DNA of 64,000 nt. It comes from Elusimicrobiota bacterium (GTDB taxonomy: Bacteria; Elusimicrobiota; Elusimicrobia; UBA1565; UBA9628). Location of the stretch: the NCBI GenBank assembly GCA_035534315.1, contig DATLSD010000059.1, forward strand, positions 5,369-69,368, given 5' to 3'. The notes beneath the pieces are model-generated. The model was not told the DNA's origin and made no database searches. It saw nothing but the letters and a program-made list of their open reading frames with translations. Below, piece after piece: positions 61,329-64,000 of the stretch (the first letter of the stretch is position 1; every line of letters begins with the position of its first letter). The position numbers were made by a program, and so were the translations under genes.

Positions 61329-64000
61329 CCGGGCAGTTCGGGCTCTCTCGCTGCTTTTGAGCGCGGGCCTCCTGCTGGCGTCGCCGGGCGCGGGCGTTTA
61401 CGCCGCCTTGGCCGCGGAAGTCCTCCCGGCCGAAGGTCCTTCCGTGGAGGGGTCCGCTCCAGCCTTGATTTCGCCCGAAATCCTTTCCCAAGCCCGGGGG
61501 ATGGTGTTCAACGGGCTGGATGCCGGCGATCTTTTGGAGGGCCTCGCTCGGCCGAGCCAGCTCTCGCCGGAACTCGCGCAGGCGCTGGCTCCGGTGGTCA
61601 GTGCCGCGGCAGGGAACGCGCCGGAGGCCGAAAGCGCCCGCCGGAAAGCGTTGGAGGCTTTGACGCGCAAAGCCGCGCAGGAGCGGCGCCGCGCGGATAA
61701 GATACTGGCTTCGGAGCCGGAGGGAATCGCGAAAGCGAACGCGTCCGGCCTGGAGAAGGCTTTAAGCCGTCTTAAGCCTTACGAGCCGTTGCTGGACGCG
61801 TCGCGGCGGGAAAAAATCGCGGTGCTGGAGCGGAGGATCACTCTATATAAGGAAGAACGGATTAAAATGGGAGTCAGCCAAGCCGCTGAAGCCTGGGGCG
61901 CCCGCGCGGCCCTGGCGCAGGCGGTTTCCATCGGCGCGGCGCCGCCCAAAATAGCGCTTGCGGATTCTTTGACGCCGCCCAAGACCTTGCCCGGACGGCT
62001 GCGGGTTTACGGCGCGGAGCGCGGCGCTCTCGGGTCAGCCCTTCTTAAGCTCAATATGCCGGTGGCTCCGGCCTATTTGCGCTCCGGAGGAGCCTTCATC
62101 GATTTTAAGAACGCGGAGGAGGCCGCCAAGGCGGCCGTGGCTTTGGCGGGGCTTGATATCGTCTCTTCGGTGGCGGTTCATCCGGACGTCGTATCTTATT
62201 TTCCGAAGACGTCCGCTTCAAAAGCGCCGGCGGCGGATGAGAACGCGCCGGTCCAATCCGTGCCGCCGATCTTGATGGCGGACCGGCTCACGGCCAAGGA
62301 AGAGCTTTCCGGCAATCGCTTGGACGCGCACTTTGGCTCCCAGGAAGCGCTCGCTCGCTGGGGAGGTAAAAATGCCGATGAGCCTCGCCTCTATTTTTTC
62401 ATGTCGAGCCGCGAAGCGGCCATCGAGAGAGCGCTGGAGCTGCTTGCTGATCCCAATCTAACCCGATTGGAGGTTCCAGCCGCCTTGAAGCCGCTCCTTG
62501 ATCGGCGCCTCGATTTAGCTCCGTCGGAGCCGATGCCTCTTTCCGAAGAACTCCTGCGCCGCTTGCGGGTTCGGCCCGGCATGGCGGAAGCAAGGAGCGT
62601 CAACGTCCATTTCGCCGATCCTTTGTCGGCCGATTCAATCCGGTCGTTTCTGGAGCGTTTCGGCGTTGAGAAGCCGGCGATCAACGTGGGCGAATACATC
62701 GCCACGCCGGATTTATTCTCCTCTCTGGAGGATGCGGCGGAAAAAACCATCGCGCTCCTGCGCCAAAAGGAAATCGCCTGCATCCGGGTCGCCAAGTCGC
62801 TGGCGGACTTGATCGCGGAGCGCCTGCGCGGCCCGCAAGGATCTCCCGGAGAAGCGGCGCAGGGCGAAGCCTCGGACGCGGTCCTGCCCATGCCGGAGAA
62901 TTTTTCCGTCGGCTGGAACGGCCCTGGGAAGAGCGTTGAAATCGTCAACGGGAACGCGGCGAGCGAAACAGCGGCTTTGCAGTCCTACGGGGAGGACTCC
63001 GGGCGTTCCGGCTTGCCGCGCTTCCAGCGCGTAGCCGCGGCCCAAGCCTACCGCGAGGCGATTTCCATCGTCAAGTCCTTAATCGAAGAGGGGCGGACCA
63101 TCGACGTAAATTGGCGGATGGGATCCGGGCGCATCGTGATCCGGGTCCAGGCGTCGGCGCTCACTCTTTCCGCGGACGCCGTTCGCTATCTCAAGGCCGC
63201 CTTCGCGCCGCAAACCGTGGTGGGGCATAATTTCAGGGCCGGCGGCGGGCGGCTTTATTACGCGGCCGGGGAATCTCCCGCCGTCATCTGGATCGAAATT
63301 CCCGGAGGAGGCGACTCGTCTTCTCCAGCGTCCGCCCCGGAGGGCCATGCTCCGGAACCGCAGGCGCAGCCCGCCGCCGAAACTTTTTCACCGGCGTCCA
63401 AGGTGGCGGCCTTCGACGCGGCCCTCCACCCGCGGGCTTCCGCCGGACGCGTGTTCGTCTCGGCCGCTTCCGGCGCCGAGGCGCGCGCGGCCTTAAGCGC
63501 GGCGCTTGAAGCCGAAGGGTTCGGAGGCGTGCCGGTGATGACGATGCGGCCCGGCGCCGCGTCCTCATCATACCAAGCCTTCGTGACCATGACGAGCGCG
63601 CGGGACGCGGCGCGGTTGGCTCTAGCCGCGGCCGCGTCCGACGCGATTTCAGCCGTGACCGTGCATCCGGAGGCTTATGCCCGAGTCGTTAACCTCAGTT
63701 TGGACGGCGATATCCAGGCGTCCCGGGCTCCAGCCGATGCGCAAGGCGTGCCGTCAGCCTCCGCAGGACTTCAAACTTCATTCCTTTCTCCTGAGGACGC
63801 GGACAAGATTTCCGAATCCGCGGATATAACGGCGGAAAACACCATTTGGATTTGGGGCGACGATATTTCAAAAAAGAGGGAAGTAGAGGATTTGGCGAGC
63901 CGCGCGGGCCTCTCCATTTTCCTGCACGGAACATCCAATGTCAGCCCGCGGTTTACTCTCAAGGGCTCGGCTCCGGACACGGCCGCTGTCATGCGCGTCG
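61315..64000 (+). CDS. large secreted or membrane-anchored repeat protein (partial, over 895 codons, runs off the right edge); not in the ORF track
   Basis: ATG 61315 overlaps the stop of the giant gene by 14 nt. I read the frame by eye as open to position 64000, which is consistent with no plus-strand ORF being listed after 61328. The N-terminus MNRDSRAVRALSLLLSAGLLLASPGAGVYAALAA is signal-like. The translation is protein-like throughout. Confidence 0.75.
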   Translation, partial: MNRDSRAVRALSLLLSAGLLLASPGAGVYAALAAEVLPAEGPSVEGSAPALISPEILSQARGMVFNGLDAGDLLEGLARPSQLSPELAQALAPVVSAAAGNAPEAESARRKALEALTRKAAQERRRADKILASEPEGIAKANASGLEKALSRLKPYEPLLDASRREKIAVLERRITLYKEERIKMGVSQAAEAWGARAALAQAVSIGAAPPKIALADSLTPPKTLPGRLRVYGAERGALGSALLKLNMPVAPAYLRSGGAFIDFKNAEEAAKAAVALAGLDIVSSVAVHPDVVSYFPKTSASKAPAADENAPVQSVPPILMADRLTAKEELSGNRLDAHFGSQEALARWGGKNADEPRLYFFMSSREAAIERALELLADPNLTRLEVPAALKPLLDRRLDLAPSEPMPLSEELLRRLRVRPGMAEARSVNVHFADPLSADSIRSFLERFGVEKPAINVGEYIATPDLFSSLEDAAEKTIALLRQKEIACIRVAKSLADLIAERLRGPQGSPGEAAQGEASDAVLPMPENFSVGWNGPGKSVEIVNGNAASETAALQSYGEDSGRSGLPRFQRVAAAQAYREAISIVKSLIEEGRTIDVNWRMGSGRIVIRVQASALTLSADAVRYLKAAFAPQTVVGHNFRAGGGRLYYAAGESPAVIWIEIPGGGDSSSPASAPEGHAPEPQAQPAAETFSPASKVAAFDAALHPRASAGRVFVSAASGAEARAALSAALEAEGFGGVPVMTMRPGAASSSYQAFVTMTSARDAARLALAAAASDAISAVTVHPEAYARVVNLSLDGDIQASRAPADAQGVPSASAGLQTSFLSPEDADKISESADITAENTIWIWGDDISKKREVEDLASRAGLSIFLHGTSNVSPRFTLKGSAPDTAAVMRV

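Overview
GC-rich bacterial chromosomal segment (GC not computed; by eye well above 60%). It is densely coding, with about 60 protein genes and one tRNA. I saw no rRNA, CRISPR array, transposase or integrase. Many long ORFs in the track are antisense or alternate-frame shadows typical of high-GC DNA; real genes were picked by recognisable motifs, signal peptides, RBS/start context and ATGA/TGATG stop-start overlaps.

Content from left to right:
- Nitroreductase, a secreted glycosidase-like protein, a large polytopic membrane protein and an aminotransferase.
- Two secreted proteins of unknown function that share their N-terminus.
- A roughly 10-kb minus-strand operon joining hopanoid synthesis (shc-hpnH-hpnA-hpnG) to isoprenoid precursor supply (ispA-dxs-ispH). 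It ends with two zinc-ribbon miniproteins and a GNAT.
- Two APC amino-acid permeases and a TauE/SafE exporter.
- A Rieske/cytochrome b operon with a fused b6/subunit-IV cytochrome b, a pentaheme cytochrome c and a monoheme cytochrome c.
- A GT28 glycosyltransferase.
- hemA, a secreted CbiX-like chelatase-fold protein, and System II cytochrome c maturation genes (ccsA, ccsB/resB).
- A non-canonical FAS-II-like lipid cluster: PqqD-like, FabI-like ER, KASIII, FabG, hotdog DH, KS, a coiled-coil protein and an acyltransferase-PPTase fusion. It has no ACP or FabD gene. It is split by a plus-strand tRNA-Asp, an 11-bp-phased repeat array and a tRNA-antisense element.
- A housekeeping minus-strand run: tlyA, HAD, a secreted protein, GT9, xseBA, rarA, zapA, pheTS, rplT, rpmI, infC.
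- LpxL-type acyltransferase, alpha/beta hydrolase, Nudix, SWIB and a TRL lipoprotein.
- A 1,770-aa fusion of an M50 (site-2) intramembrane protease domain with a two-ring Clp/Hsp100 ATPase. It is followed by a large open-ended ORF missing from the track that shares its N-terminal module.

The strongest candidates for something undescribed are the M50-Hsp100 fusion with its partner gene, the ACP-less lipid cluster, and the tRNA-Asp/antisense element.
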